This document shows positions 26,076-39,710 of a stretch of 64,000 bases of DNA, piece after piece. The notes below the pieces were generated by a model. That model saw only the letters and a list, made by a program, of their open reading frames with translations, had not been told where the DNA came from and did no database searches. Origin of the DNA: Acidimicrobiia bacterium. Its GTDB lineage: Bacteria; Actinomycetota; Acidimicrobiia; Spongiisociales; ZC4RG35. Position 1 is the stretch's first letter; each line of letters begins with the position of its first letter. Both the position numbers and the translations under genes were made by a program. The DNA lies in contig JBHJOQ010000007.1 of NCBI GenBank assembly GCA_050329555.1, positions 211 through 64,210 of the forward strand, given 5' to 3'.

Positions 26076-27538
26076 CCTGCCACCAACTCGAGGTCGGGAC
26101 GCGCATCGAAACCGGCGAGTTCCTCGACGACTGCAGCCACCCGGTACAACATCGGCTCACCGAGGGCCGGTGCCATTACCTGGAAACCTATGGGGAGCCC
26201 CTGTGAGTCGAGGCCGATGGGCACTGAGATCGCTGGGTCGCCGGCGAGGTTGCTGGGGATGGTGCAAATGTCGGATAGATACATTGCCAGCGGGTCCTTG
26301 GTCCGCTCCCCCGCCTTGAAGGCAACGGTCGGGCTGGTTGGCGACACGAGCACGTCGACCCGGTCGTAGGCCCGGGCGAAGTCCTCACGGATTGCCGACC
26401 GAACCCGCTGGGCCTGCCCGTAGAAAGCGTCGTAGTAGCCGGCGGAGAGAGCGTAGGTCCCGAGCAGAATCCGCCGGGTGACTTCCGGGCCGAAACCTCC
26501 AGCCCTGGTCCGCGACATCATCTCCTCGGTGGTTTCCCCTTCCTCACGCAGCCCGTAGCGAATACCGTCGAAGCGGGCAAGGTTCGCCGAGCACTCGGCC
26601 GGCGCGATCAGGTAATAGGCGGACAGCGCAATCTCGAAAGTCGGGAGGCTGACTTCGACAACCCCGGCACCAGCCGCGCTCAAGCGATCGACCATAGACG
26701 AGACCTGCCCATCGACATCAGTCTCGTATCCCTCGCCGGCAAGCTCTGTGACCACTCCCACCCTGAGCCCGTCGACACCCTTGCCGATCGCTTCGAGAGG
26801 ATCGGGGTACTCCCCCCGGTAAGAGGTCGCGTCAAGGGGATCGTGACCCCAGATTGCCTGCAATGTGAGCGCAGAGTCGAGCACTGTGAGACTCAGCGGT
26901 CCAATCTGGTCGAGAGACGAGGCGAATGCGATCAGCCCGTACCGGCTAACAGTGCCGTAGGTTGGCTTCATTCCAACAACCCCTGTCAGCGCCGCCGGCT
27001 GGCGGATGGACCCACCGGTGTCCGATCCAAGGCCGACCAGGGCAGAACCCGCTGCCACGGCTGCAGCCGACCCTCCGGAGGAGCCACCAGGGATCCGGGT
27101 GATGTCCCATGGGTTGTAGGTCGGGCCAAAGGCCGAGTTCTCCGTGGAGGAGCCCATGGCGAACTCGTCGAGGTTGGTCTTACCCACGATCACCGCCCCG
27201 CCTTCGCGGAGCCGGGTGACCACGGTTGCGTCGTAGGGGGGCACATATCCGGAGAGGATCTGCGACGACGCTGTGGTCTCGAGGCCCCTCGTCGACATGT
27301 TGTCCTTCACCGCCACCGGGATTCCGTGCAGCGGCCCGCGCTCGACACCGGAGGCAAGCTCATCGTCGGCCCGTGCTGCCGCCTCGAGCGCACCGTTGCG
27401 ATCGATCGTGAGATATGCGTGGATCTGCGCTTCGGTGTCGGCAGCGGTCTTCAGCACCCGCTCCAGCAGCTCAGTGGCTGTCAATGAACCGGCGCGGAGC
27501 AACTCGCCCGCCCTGGCGATGGTGAGTGCAGTCATCAC
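26072..27538 (-). CDS. gatA: Glutamyl-tRNA(Gln) amidotransferase subunit A
   Basis: Amidase signature [14 protein letters not shown], 488 aa, overlaps gatB and gatC by 4 nt. Confidence 0.95.
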   Translation of the reverse strand: MMTALTIARAGELLRAGSLTATELLERVLKTAADTEAQIHAYLTIDRNGALEAAARADDELASGVERGPLHGIPVAVKDNMSTRGLETTASSQILSGYVPPYDATVVTRLREGGAVIVGKTNLDEFAMGSSTENSAFGPTYNPWDITRIPGGSSGGSAAAVAAGSALVGLGSDTGGSIRQPAALTGVVGMKPTYGTVSRYGLIAFASSLDQIGPLSLTVLDSALTLQAIWGHDPLDATSYRGEYPDPLEAIGKGVDGLRVGVVTELAGEGYETDVDGQVSSMVDRLSAAGAGVVEVSLPTFEIALSAYYLIAPAECSANLARFDGIRYGLREEGETTEEMMSRTRAGGFGPEVTRRILLGTYALSAGYYDAFYGQAQRVRSAIREDFARAYDRVDVLVSPTSPTVAFKAGERTKDPLAMYLSDICTIPSNLAGDPAISVPIGLDSQGLPIGFQVMAPALGEPMLYRVAAVVEELAGFDARPDLELVAG

Positions 27539-27822
27539 AGTTCGAGAGCAGGAGGCACCACAAAGAACCCGTCCCGTGCCTGCGGAGCCTGCTCGAGCAC
27601 CTCCTCACGGTCCAGCGAGGTGCGAACCTCGTCGGTCCGGAACGCGTTGACCACACCCAACGGATGGGTCACATTCACCTCCGGCTCACCCTCGAGTTCC
27701 TGGACCCTGGCAGCGTGCTCGAGGATCACCGCCAGCTGGTCCCGATAGTGCTCCAGCTCGGTGTCGGACAAGCCGAGACGGGCCAGGCGGGCCACGTGCG
27801 CGATATCGATTTCAACAGGCAT
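27535..27822 (-). CDS. gatC: Glutamyl-tRNA(Gln) amidotransferase subunit C
   Basis: 95 aa, [18 protein letters not shown], position upstream of gatA. Confidence 0.9.
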   Translation of the reverse strand: MPVEIDIAHVARLARLGLSDTELEHYRDQLAVILEHAARVQELEGEPEVNVTHPLGVVNAFRTDEVRTSLDREEVLEQAPQARDGFFVVPPALEL

Positions 27823-27868
27823 GCGAGGCGGAGTCTAAGGATCCGTCAGCCGTAGGTCGCCCAATAAC

Positions 27869-27917
27869 GTTCTGTGTCGAGAACAGTTCGCCCACCGAAC
27901 CGAAATCGACACAGAAC
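27869..27917. repeat. Two-tier hairpin repeat unit 1 (GTTCTGTGTCGA...TCGACACAGAAC)
   Basis: Perfect 12-bp outer stem and inner 5-bp stem GTTCG-cccac-CGAAC. Read directly in the gatC/dapE intergenic region. Confidence 0.8.
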
Positions 27918-27940
27918 AGCTTTGAACCGCCTCGTCCCCC

Positions 27941-27990
27941 GTTCTGTGGTCGAGAACAGTTCGCTCACCGAACCGAAATCGACACAGAAC
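27941..27990. repeat. Two-tier hairpin repeat unit 2 (near-identical copy, one extra G, one loop C-to-T change)
   Basis: Starts 23 nt after unit 1 ends. Ends 2 nt before the dapE stop codon. Confidence 0.8.
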
Positions 27991-27992
27991 GG

Positions 27993-29015
27993 TCAGGAGA
28001 GGACCTGGCGCAAGGAGTCGAATGCCCATTGGAGATCGTCGATGGCGACGGACTCTCCGGGCTTGTGGGCGAGGTCGGTCTCCCCCGGGCCGAAATTGAC
28101 TGCAGGGACCCCGCGCACCGCCAGCTGCGCGACATCGGTCCAACCCTGTTTGGGCGTCACCGGCGCGCCCGAGGCCTCGGCGAGAGAAACGAAGAGAGGG
28201 TTGTCCACCGATGGCAAGGCCGCCGGGGCCAGGTCGGTGATATCGATCGTGTCGGCAGGCGCACAGACTGCCCTGAGGTTCCGCTCGGCGTCTTCGATGC
28301 TCCGGTCCGGGGCGAACCGGTAGTTGATGTTGAGTTCGAAGCGACCCGGGATAACATTGTTGGCAACACCGCCAGCCGCCTTCGTGACTGACATCACTTC
28401 CTGGAAAACAAGTCCGGCGACGTTGCGTGGCTCGGGCTCGAGTCCGTCCATCGCAGTCAGGAACGGGCCGGAGCGCGTGACCGCATTCACACCCAGCCAC
28501 GGGCGGGCGGAGTGAGCCGGCTCGCCCACGAAGGTGAGGGTGGCGTTGATGACTCCATTGCAGCCGGCCTGGAGCTCCCGATTCGACGGCTCGAGGACGA
28601 TGCCGGCCCGACTTGACGTCAGGCCGGGGATCGTGTCGAGAATCGGGCCCAGCTGGTTGTTCAGGATCGGGCCTTCCTCGCCGGCGTAGAAGATCCCGAC
28701 TATCCCGTCGGTTCCGAGAGCCTCGATGAGGTGGATCATCACCGCCAGCCCCCCCTTCATGTCAGTCGATCCCAACCCGTGGAGACGACCGCCGTCGATA
28801 CGGGCACCCGTTTCCCCCTGCAGCGGGACCGTGTCGATATGGCCGACGAGAAGCACCTTTTCCTCAGACGGCTCTCCGATGACAACCGACTCCTGCACCA
28901 CCCGCACCGGATGGGCGGCCAACCTTTCGGAAATGCCTTTGCAAATCGCTGCCTCGGAGCCGGTGGCCGACGGGATGCCAACCAACCATGCAAGTGTGTC
29001 AACCAGGGTGCTCAT
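27993..29015 (-). CDS. dapE: Succinyl-diaminopimelate desuccinylase (M20 peptidase)
   Basis: Start set at MSTLVDTLAWLVGIPS (ATG 29015). LLVGHIDTVP, GSTDMKGG. Divergent from dapD as in other actinobacteria. Confidence 0.85.
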   Translation of the reverse strand: MSTLVDTLAWLVGIPSATGSEAAICKGISERLAAHPVRVVQESVVIGEPSEEKVLLVGHIDTVPLQGETGARIDGGRLHGLGSTDMKGGLAVMIHLIEALGTDGIVGIFYAGEEGPILNNQLGPILDTIPGLTSSRAGIVLEPSNRELQAGCNGVINATLTFVGEPAHSARPWLGVNAVTRSGPFLTAMDGLEPEPRNVAGLVFQEVMSVTKAAGGVANNVIPGRFELNINYRFAPDRSIEDAERNLRAVCAPADTIDITDLAPAALPSVDNPLFVSLAEASGAPVTPKQGWTDVAQLAVRGVPAVNFGPGETDLAHKPGESVAIDDLQWAFDSLRQVLS

Positions 29016-29055
29016 CAGTAGGGGAAGGTAACACGAGCCACTACGCTCCCCGCAC

Positions 29056-29961
29056 GTGAGCAACTCGATCACATCGACTGGCCTGGCGACAACTGCCCGC
29101 GGCGTCGTTCTCTCTGTCTGGTATCCCGAGCCAACCGCCCTCACTCCTGGCGTCGATCTCGAAGCGATGACGGGAGACGACCCGACAACACTGGTCAGCC
29201 GGCACCTCGTCGAGACCACAGTAGACACAGGTGCTCCGCCTGCCAGCGCCGCCGATGCCTATCTGCGGCTCCACCTCCTCAGCCACAGGGTGCTTCGCCC
29301 GCATCAGATCAACCTCGACGGCCTCTTCGGAGTCCTCAACAATGTCGTCTGGACCGATCTCGGGCCGTGTGCCGTCGCCGACTTCCCTGCGGCGAGGGCT
29401 GCGGCAGCGGCCGCCGGTCGTTACCTCGGCGTGAATGGCGTCGACAAGTTCCCCAGGATGACCGACTATGTGGTGCCTTCGGGGGTGCGGATCGCCGACG
29501 CCAACCGGGTCAGGCTTGGCGCCTACCTCGGTGAGGGAACCACCGTGATGCATGAGGGATTCGTCAACTTCAATGCAGGGACCCTTGGAGCGTCGATGGT
29601 CGAGGGAAGGATCAGCGCGGGTGTTGTGGTGGGCGACGGCAGCGACATCGGCGGCGGCGCCTCGATCATGGGCACCTTGTCCGGCGGTGGTTCCGAGGTG
29701 ATCTCGATCGGGAGAGGCTGCCTGCTCGGGGCCAATTCTGGAATTGGAATTTCCTTGGGCGACAACAGCGTCGTCGAAGCGGGGCTCTACCTGACCGCAG
29801 GCACTGTGGTCACCCTCCCCGACGGCGGGACCGCCAAGGGACGGGAGCTGTCCGGGGTCTCCGAAATGCTGTTCCGCCGGAACTCGGTGACGGGAGCAGT
29901 CGAGGCCCTACCCCGTTCCGGCTCGTGGGGTGGGCTCAACGCCGCCCTCCACGACAATTAG
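29056..29961 (+). CDS. dapD: Tetrahydrodipicolinate N-succinyltransferase (actinobacterial long form)
   Basis: 301 aa, GTG start, hexapeptide-repeat region [36 protein letters not shown]... Confidence 0.85.
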   Translation: MSNSITSTGLATTARGVVLSVWYPEPTALTPGVDLEAMTGDDPTTLVSRHLVETTVDTGAPPASAADAYLRLHLLSHRVLRPHQINLDGLFGVLNNVVWTDLGPCAVADFPAARAAAAAAGRYLGVNGVDKFPRMTDYVVPSGVRIADANRVRLGAYLGEGTTVMHEGFVNFNAGTLGASMVEGRISAGVVVGDGSDIGGGASIMGTLSGGGSEVISIGRGCLLGANSGIGISLGDNSVVEAGLYLTAGTVVTLPDGGTAKGRELSGVSEMLFRRNSVTGAVEALPRSGSWGGLNAALHDN

Positions 29962-30032
29962 GGGCTTCCCGGGCTTTCTCCTCAGCGAGCCCCCACCTTT
30001 TGAGGTTTCAGCCGGCTGTGTCGCATAGATAG

Positions 30033-30446
30033 TTGTGGGCATCTAGCGTTCCAACGGTGCCTTACCGCTATATCTACCTCGGGCTTGGTCTCGTCCTCGT
30101 CGCGGCCGTGGCCTTTGGCATCGCCCTCGGAGGTGGCGGAGACCCGGTGGTTTTGCCCGAACCGGTTGAGGCGGTCTATCCGGAGCCAGGCGATCTGGTG
30201 CCATTCCAGACAGGAATCGAGATCGACCTGAAGATCGGCTATTCCGCAGATATCTACGTAGACGGCTGGCTGGTCCAGGACGCGACGTTCGTCGAGGGAA
30301 CCGGTGTGTACCGCTGGTCACCTACTCCTTCCAACCCGACGATCAACCAGTGGACACCGGGGGAACACACGATTCGTGTGGTTTACGACACCGTCAACGG
30401 GCTTCCCGACCCCGGAGAATTCGAATGGTCGTTCCGGGTCGGATAG
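30033..30446 (+). CDS. Membrane-anchored hypothetical protein
   Basis: 137 aa, one TM YIYLGLGLVLVAAVAFGIAL followed by a beta-rich domain. No motif recognised. Confidence 0.5.
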   Translation: MWASSVPTVPYRYIYLGLGLVLVAAVAFGIALGGGGDPVVLPEPVEAVYPEPGDLVPFQTGIEIDLKIGYSADIYVDGWLVQDATFVEGTGVYRWSPTPSNPTINQWTPGEHTIRVVYDTVNGLPDPGEFEWSFRVG

Positions 30447-30463
30447 CGGTCAGGAATCACTCA

Positions 30464-33562
<3,099 letters not shown>

Positions 33563-33566
<4 letters not shown>

Positions 33567-34756
33567 CGCAACTCTCCAACGAGGTCGACCACGACCTGCG
33601 CCGCCCGGTCTGCCTCCGAACGGGTCGAAGTCCAGCCGAAGCTGAAACGCACCGACTCCCGGGCCTCAGCTGCTGAAAGCCCCATCGCTTCGAGCACGTG
33701 GGACACCGTGGCGGCACCCGACTGGCAGGCCGAGCCGGCAGAGGCGGCGATACCCTCTCTATCGAGGCGCATCAGGAGGGCCTCGTTACGGACACCGGGA
33801 AATCGAATGTTGAGATGAAGAGGTGACCGGTCTGAGGTGGGCGTGTTGACGATTGCATCCGGGAAGGCGCCCGCCAGGTGATCTCCGAAGCCATCCCTGA
33901 TCCTGCCGATCTCACCGACCAAGCGGTCCCGGTCGGCGGCGGCCAATTCCATTGCTGTTGCCAGGCCAACTGCCCCCGCCACATCGTGGGTGCCGGACCG
34001 CCGCCCGAGTTCCTGGCCACCACCGTGAATGAGAGGTTCCAGGGCGGTCCCTGCGCGCACATAGAGCAGCCCGGCACCCTTGGGCCCGCCGAATTTGTGG
34101 GCCGTGAGCGACAGCATGTCGACACCGAGCTGGCCAACGTCGAACTTCATGGAGCCGAATGCCTGAACTGCGTCGGTATGGACAAGCACGTCACGATCCA
34201 TCCCCTTGACAGCACGGCTGACAGCGGCGACGTCGTTCAACGCGCCGGTCTCGTTGTTGACGAGCATCAGCGAAACCAGAGATGTGGTCGGTGTGAGCGA
34301 CGCCACGATCTCCGAGGTTTCCACCCTCCCGTTGCGATCGACCCCGGCAACGTGCACCCCGCTACCGCGGCGGCGGAGGAAATCTGCCGTTTCGAGCACG
34401 GCTTCATGCTCGGTGGCGCCGACAACGACATCGGACCGGCCTGAGCCACTGAACACGGCACCGGTCAGGGCAAGATTGTCGCTCTCCGTTCCGCCGGAGG
34501 TGAAGACGACTTCCATCGGCCCGCAGCCGAGGATTTCAGCGATCCGTTCCCGGGCCTCCTCGAGAGCGTTCTTGGCGCGACGCGACACACCATGGATTCC
34601 TGACGAGTTGCCGAAGGAGTCGATGGCGTGTGGCGCCATCGCCTCCCATACCCCGGGACGCATCGGCGTTGTCGCGGCGTGGTCCAAATAGATCACGGCA
34701 CCTATTCTCGCAGCTATCAAGTCTTGGGCCAGCCCGGCATCGACCCTCACCGTCAA
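33563..34756 (-). CDS. Cysteine desulfurase (NifS/IscS-like)
   Basis: YLDHAATTP, SGGTESDN, PLP Lys in LTAHKFGGPKG, catalytic Cys in SAGSACQSG. 4-nt overlap with mnmA. Confidence 0.9.
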
Positions 34757-35286
34757 ACTGTGAGCGAGTAGACGAGGGCAAACACCAGGCTGTAGACCAC
34801 ATAGGCTCCCACCACAACCGCAGGGGTCATGTCTCCCCAGCCCACGCCGAACATTCCCGGGTCGTTGAAAACGATCTCACCTCGATCGACTGAAAATGCG
34901 GCGCCACTCGCTGCTGCCAGGCGGTCGACCACACGGGGGTGGACCCCCTTCAGCCAGCCGAGGCCGACTCCAATCAGAGCACCGTGGACCATCCCGAGGA
35001 GTAAGGCCACGTTGAGACCAGCCCCGGTGAGAGAGAAGACCAGAGCGTAGATCGATCCGTTGACAGCCGTTCCGATGACGACGTAATGCATCAGCGAGCC
35101 AATTGCCATCGCAAGATCGTGGTCACCGGAGACCACTGCCCCGACCAATAGCGGTATCGACGGCATCGATGTCGCACCACGAAGCGTCGCCAGCTCTGTG
35201 GCGAGCGTCATGATCACGGTGGCGAGGAAGCCGGCAATCAGCGAGGAGAGCAGACTGAAGTCCAATTGTCTCCCTGTCGGAGTCAA
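34753..35286 (-). CDS. Integral membrane protein, function unknown
   Basis: 177 aa with about 4-5 hydrophobic helices. 4-nt overlap with the cysteine desulfurase start. Confidence 0.6.
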   Translation of the reverse strand: MTPTGRQLDFSLLSSLIAGFLATVIMTLATELATLRGATSMPSIPLLVGAVVSGDHDLAMAIGSLMHYVVIGTAVNGSIYALVFSLTGAGLNVALLLGMVHGALIGVGLGWLKGVHPRVVDRLAAASGAAFSVDRGEIVFNDPGMFGVGWGDMTPAVVVGAYVVYSLVFALVYSLTV

Positions 35287-35362
35287 ACCACCTGTACCCC
35301 GGCCGCAAAGAGCCCAAACCGCCTGCGGCGGCTCACTATGGCGCAGGTGGCATAATCAGCCA

Positions 35363-35806
35363 ATGGGAATCAGAGTCGAGAAATCGATCAGTGCAACCCG
35401 GAACGAGGTCTGGTCCGAGCTGGCCAACCTCGCTACCCATGCCTCATGGATGAAAGATGCTGTGGAGATCGAATTCCTCGGGGTTGAGCAGTCCGGTATC
35501 GGCACAAGGATGCGGGTGCCGACCCGGGTCGGACCGTTCCGAACGACCGACATCCTCGAGGTGACAGGCTGGGTCGACGGCGAATCGATCACCGTCGCCC
35601 ATGAGGGGTTGGTGAGCGGCAGCGGACGATTCAATCTCGACGGTGACGACCCCACTTCGGTTATCTGGGAAGAGACTCTTCGTTTTCCATGGTGGCTCGG
35701 CGGGCCGATCGCAGCCGTGTTCGCCCGCCCGATCCTCCGTGCCGTCTGGCGGGGGAACCTGGGGCGGCTCGCGGAACGGGTGGCTGCGCGCCGCCGCTCC
35801 TATTGA
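35363..35806 (+). CDS. SRPBCC-family (polyketide cyclase/dehydrase-like) protein
   Basis: Start set at MGIRVEKSISATRNEVWSELANL (ATG 35363). The upstream part of the track ORF overlaps the divergent membrane gene. Confidence 0.75.
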   Translation: MGIRVEKSISATRNEVWSELANLATHASWMKDAVEIEFLGVEQSGIGTRMRVPTRVGPFRTTDILEVTGWVDGESITVAHEGLVSGSGRFNLDGDDPTSVIWEETLRFPWWLGGPIAAVFARPILRAVWRGNLGRLAERVAARRRSY

Positions 35807-35821
35807 GCCGCCGCCAACAGG

Positions 35822-37657
35822 TCAACCAGACTGCGTGATTCGCCCCTCACCGCCAAAGGGGTAAGCCGTGACGGTGATCAGGCCGGATAGCGCCGTCTGC
35901 ATGAAGTTTCGGGCCGCTTGTTCGTAGGTCACGCCCAGCGCGGTGAACGTCCCGCCCCCGAAGTCGTAATTGTTCCCGCCGCGAGCGAGGAAGTCGATGG
36001 TGGCCGCCGCCACCACCACGCCGGTCGGCACGCCGTTGACCACCAGGGCAGTTCCGTCGTCGAGCTGAGCATTTCTGACTCTCTCGCCCTCCGGGAATGT
36101 GGAATCCCACTCGAAGCTGAAACCGGATATCTGGGCGAAGGCCCCTGAGTTCACCCCGGCCAGGCTGGCATCTGAGACTCCGGTCTCGAGGATGCCCTTC
36201 AGCGATGCTGCGGAGACATCCTCAACCACACTGACGAAGTTGAGGAAAGCCCACTGCTGGTTCACCTCGAGCCGGGTGAGCGGTTCTGGGTTCGCCGGGG
36301 TCGCGTCCGGTTTGAGAATGATGTCGGGTGAGCGGATACCGCCGCCGTTCTGGAGCGCGATTTCGGGCTCCGGGACGCCGAAGACGCCGGCAAGCTGCTG
36401 CGCCTGCCAGAGAAGGGAGTCTGCAGCGATGTTCCCGAGGTTGGTCTCGCTGACCCGCTCGCCGGGCGTCGCCACGACGAAAGCGCCATTAGCGAACGCG
36501 CCCAGCCCTCTTCTGCTGTCGAGCGGTACTTCGGTCAGCGCCACCACTTCGGCGGCGAGGTCGGCGACAAAATCGGCCACCGGTTTCTCGACCTGGGCAA
36601 CGAGGACGGGGTCAGGATCAATGCCGTCGATGGCTGCCACCCGGACCGGGCCGCTCTCATCGAAGACTTCGATGAGGTTTCCGGCCGCGTCGAATCCGAC
36701 CACCAGGTTGCCCACGTAGCCGTACGCTCCGGCAGTCGTCACCACGGGGACATTGGCGCCGTCGCCGCCGGTCGCAGTGATCGGGTACGGGAAGGAGGCC
36801 ACATCGCCGGGCAGCAGGGGATCGTCGGGGTTGGCCAGCAGCTCGTCGCCTCCTCCTGCCACAGCGACGTCGACTCCGGTCAACTCGGCGAGCAGGGCGA
36901 GGTCCTCGTTGAGGTTCTGCAGGTGTGAGATGAACACGATCTTGTTCACACCGCTGCCTTCGAGTCTGTCGATCTCGGCTTGGACGACTTCAGTCACATT
37001 CTGCAGCACTTCGACGTTGCGCGGGCTGGAGATGGAAGCGAGGAAAGGTGTGGTGGCCCCGATTATGCCGACCCGCTCTCCTCCGGCGCGGACGACGGTT
37101 GAGGCAGTGACGATCCCCTTCCTGGCCAGGGCAGCCAGGCGGGGCTCGGCATCGAAGACGAGGTTCGCGCTCAGGAACGGGACCCGGCTCGTGCCTGTCG
37201 TCCGGGACCCGAAGCTTTCGATGAAGTCGGCAAGGACGTCAGGGCCGAAGTCGAATTCGTGATTGCCAATGGCAATAGCGTCGTAGCCGATCAGACTCAT
37301 CCCGATGGCGTCATAGAACGGAGGGCCGTTGTCCAGGCTCGCCTGGAACTGGGGGCCGGCGAGGAAGTTGTCGCCCGACGACACGGTGATGACTCCGTGT
37401 CTCGCTCGAGGATGAACCGTGGCCGCGTCGTCACGGAGGCCTTCGACAAGCGACCCGAACATGGCGATGCCGCCATAGAGTTCTCCGTCTATCTCAGCCG
37501 GAAGCAGGTTCGACTCACCATCGTTGTTGTGGAGTACGGTGAGCACGAACTCAACCCGGTCATCGTCGGTCACAGCTCCTGCGAAGGGGGCGGCGGAAAA
37601 AGCGACGAGTGACAACAAGGTGACCAACAGAACCAGACGCCGGAGTTTCAACATCAT
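35822..37657 (-). CDS. Secreted bifunctional metallophosphatase / 5'-nucleotidase (UshA-like)
   Basis: Signal peptide MMLKLRRLVLLVTLLSLVAFSA. HNNDGES, GNHEFD, C-terminal 5'-nucleotidase domain. Start ATG 37657 after AGAGGAAGA. Confidence 0.85.
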   Translation of the reverse strand: MMLKLRRLVLLVTLLSLVAFSAAPFAGAVTDDDRVEFVLTVLHNNDGESNLLPAEIDGELYGGIAMFGSLVEGLRDDAATVHPRARHGVITVSSGDNFLAGPQFQASLDNGPPFYDAIGMSLIGYDAIAIGNHEFDFGPDVLADFIESFGSRTTGTSRVPFLSANLVFDAEPRLAALARKGIVTASTVVRAGGERVGIIGATTPFLASISSPRNVEVLQNVTEVVQAEIDRLEGSGVNKIVFISHLQNLNEDLALLAELTGVDVAVAGGGDELLANPDDPLLPGDVASFPYPITATGGDGANVPVVTTAGAYGYVGNLVVGFDAAGNLIEVFDESGPVRVAAIDGIDPDPVLVAQVEKPVADFVADLAAEVVALTEVPLDSRRGLGAFANGAFVVATPGERVSETNLGNIAADSLLWQAQQLAGVFGVPEPEIALQNGGGIRSPDIILKPDATPANPEPLTRLEVNQQWAFLNFVSVVEDVSAASLKGILETGVSDASLAGVNSGAFAQISGFSFEWDSTFPEGERVRNAQLDDGTALVVNGVPTGVVVAAATIDFLARGGNNYDFGGGTFTALGVTYEQAARNFMQTALSGLITVTAYPFGGEGRITQSG

Positions 37658-37828
37658 TCTTCCTCTGCTCTTGAAGACGTCGAACTCTAGCCCGCTGCTC
37701 ACCGGGTAGCGAGGTCGGGGTTAAATCAAAGCCTCTACAGCCGGTGAGAACAACGTATCAACTTCGGGCATCCGGGAAGGCGCCTCGCTCCGAACAAAGA
37801 GCAACACGAGCTAAGGAGGCTCCCGCAA

Positions 37829-38356
37829 ATGAAGAGAATCACTACCCTCGCCGTCGTCGCCGCGATGGCGCTGACCATGGCATTGCCCGCTTCGGCCGCA
37901 CCGGCTGCGCAGGCACCTCCAGCAACTACCATCCTCGACATCGTCCTTGTCGACGATGGTGAGTTCGACATCCTCCAGGCCGCGGTTATCGAAGCCGGAC
38001 TGGTCGACTTACTCAACGGGACCAAGAAGCTGAGGGTGTTTGCACCGACCGATGCCGCTTTCGTGTCGACGTTCGAAGCCGCTCTCGGTGGCCCGCTCAC
38101 CGAACAGGACGTCATCAGCTTCATCGAGGCTGGCGGGGTCGACGCCGCGTACGGCGATGGAGCCCTCGCCAACATCCTCGGGTACCACGTCACCAACGGA
38201 GACCGGGCACCGGTCCTCGCGCGACCCTCCTACCGGATGTTCAACGGCGACCGCGTCACCAGGCACCAGTTGATCGACGCAGGTGTTTCAACGACGAACA
38301 TCCTCGCCTCGAATGGCGTGATCAATGTCCTGGACACCGCTGTGCTGATCCCGTAA
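37829..38356 (+). CDS. Secreted fasciclin (FAS1) domain protein
   Basis: Signal peptide, FAPTDAAF, LGYHV, NGVINVLDTAVLIP. SD AAGGAGG upstream. Confidence 0.85.
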   Translation: MKRITTLAVVAAMALTMALPASAAPAAQAPPATTILDIVLVDDGEFDILQAAVIEAGLVDLLNGTKKLRVFAPTDAAFVSTFEAALGGPLTEQDVISFIEAGGVDAAYGDGALANILGYHVTNGDRAPVLARPSYRMFNGDRVTRHQLIDAGVSTTNILASNGVINVLDTAVLIP

Positions 38357-38375
38357 CCAGCCACCAACAACCGAG

Positions 38376-38407
38376 AGTGGCCCCGCGACGATTGTCACGG
38401 GGCCACT
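38376..38407. terminator. Bidirectional hairpin AGTGGCCCCG-N12-CGGGGCCACT followed by TTT
   Basis: Perfect 10-bp stem between the convergent fasciclin (+) and histidine kinase (-) genes. Confidence 0.6.
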
Positions 38408-38408
38408 T

Positions 38409-39710
38409 TCAGTCATCCTCCTGCTCCTGCAACGGCAATTGCAGGACGACCCTCGCACCACTCGAATGTGATGGGCCGATGCGCACGGTTCCGGATGCGT
38501 CGCGGGCGAGTCGGCGGACGATGTCGAGACCGAGCCCGCTGGATCCCGCACCGCTCGATCCCCGTTGCAGAGGGTCGAATCCATCGGGAAAGCCGCTGCC
38601 GCTATCGGCCACTTCGACCTCGACGGTTCTGTCCAGAACACTGACGATCACCCCGAATTCGACGCCGGGGTCGGTGTGTGCGAACACATTGCCCAGGAGT
38701 GCGTCGAACGCAGCTGCCACCTCGCTCTCCGGCACGGCAACCGGTGCCGGTGCATCGGCGATGTCGACATGGAGGTCTCTGGCCTGCTCGCCCGAAAGGA
38801 CTCGCCAGAACTCCATTCTCTTCTTGACAACCGTGACCACATCACAATTCGGACTGCGGGCTTCGGGAGTCATCCGCGCATCGCTGATCAGCTCGTCAAC
38901 TGCAACCCGAAGCCGGTCGACGCTCTCGATCAGCGACGCGCGCTCGCCCGAGGCTGTCATCTGCTCGACCTGGAGCCGTAGTGCGGCCAGTGGGGTGCGC
39001 AGGCGGTGGGAAAGATCGGCAACCCCTTCTCGTTCCTCCGCAAGCAGTCCACGGATTCGCCCGGCCAGTTGATTGAAAGCCACTGCTATCGCCACCAGTT
39101 CCTCAGGGCCTTCTTCAGCGACCCGGGTCTCCAGCTCCCCCCGTCCCAACCGCTCGGCTGCACCAGCGATTCGTTGCGATGGCCCGACAACTCCGCGTCC
39201 CAGCCGGTCGGAGACAAATAGCGCTGCACCGACCAGTCCGACGCCGAGCAGACCGAGCAATGCCCAGGCCCTGGTGACCCCCCGGTTCAGCGACGACGGC
39301 GGGACGGATGAATAGACGACTGTGGTCCCCTCACCGGTCACGACCGGGATCCCGATGCCAAAGCCTCCGTCCTCCCGATATGCCGACAGGGCGCTCTGGG
39401 CGCCTCGCACTTCGTCGATGAGTGCCTCGTCGGGTTGGCCTGGCCCGAGACTCTGCCCATCGGGGAGAAGTATCAGGCTCCCTTCCGGCACCGGCCCGAT
39501 GAGTCCACTGATGTCACCGGGCCTGAGATCGCCCCCGGCGCCGATCGCCGCCGGGACGATGACAGCGGCCAGGGTGCGCGCCGTTCGTTCCGCCTCGAGC
39601 CGGCCGCGTTGGTCAGCTTGCTGTCTCACCAGGAAGCCAAGGGGCACGACAAACGCGATCACTACGAGCAAGGTGACCCCGGCGGTCAGGAAGTTGATGC
39701 GTGCCCTCAT
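38409..39710 (-). CDS. Sensor histidine kinase (HAMP-HisKA-HATPase)
   Basis: Start set at MRARINFLTAG (ATG 39710, ATGA overlap with the regulator stop). H-box LSHRLRTPLAAL, N-box LLGNVFAHT, DSGSGFP, GLGLDIV. Confidence 0.85.
   Translation of the reverse strand: MRARINFLTAGVTLLVVIAFVVPLGFLVRQQADQRGRLEAERTARTLAAVIVPAAIGAGGDLRPGDISGLIGPVPEGSLILLPDGQSLGPGQPDEALIDEVRGAQSALSAYREDGGFGIGIPVVTGEGTTVVYSSVPPSSLNRGVTRAWALLGLLGVGLVGAALFVSDRLGRGVVGPSQRIAGAAERLGRGELETRVAEEGPEELVAIAVAFNQLAGRIRGLLAEEREGVADLSHRLRTPLAALRLQVEQMTASGERASLIESVDRLRVAVDELISDARMTPEARSPNCDVVTVVKKRMEFWRVLSGEQARDLHVDIADAPAPVAVPESEVAAAFDALLGNVFAHTDPGVEFGVIVSVLDRTVEVEVADSGSGFPDGFDPLQRGSSGAGSSGLGLDIVRRLARDASGTVRIGPSHSSGARVVLQLPLQEQEDD

Noticed and set aside
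27869-27990. Possible miniature CRISPR array
   Set aside because: There are only two repeat units, each itself a long hairpin of about 50 nt. They have a single 23-nt spacer and no cas genes or leader. This does not fit CRISPR repeat or spacer dimensions.
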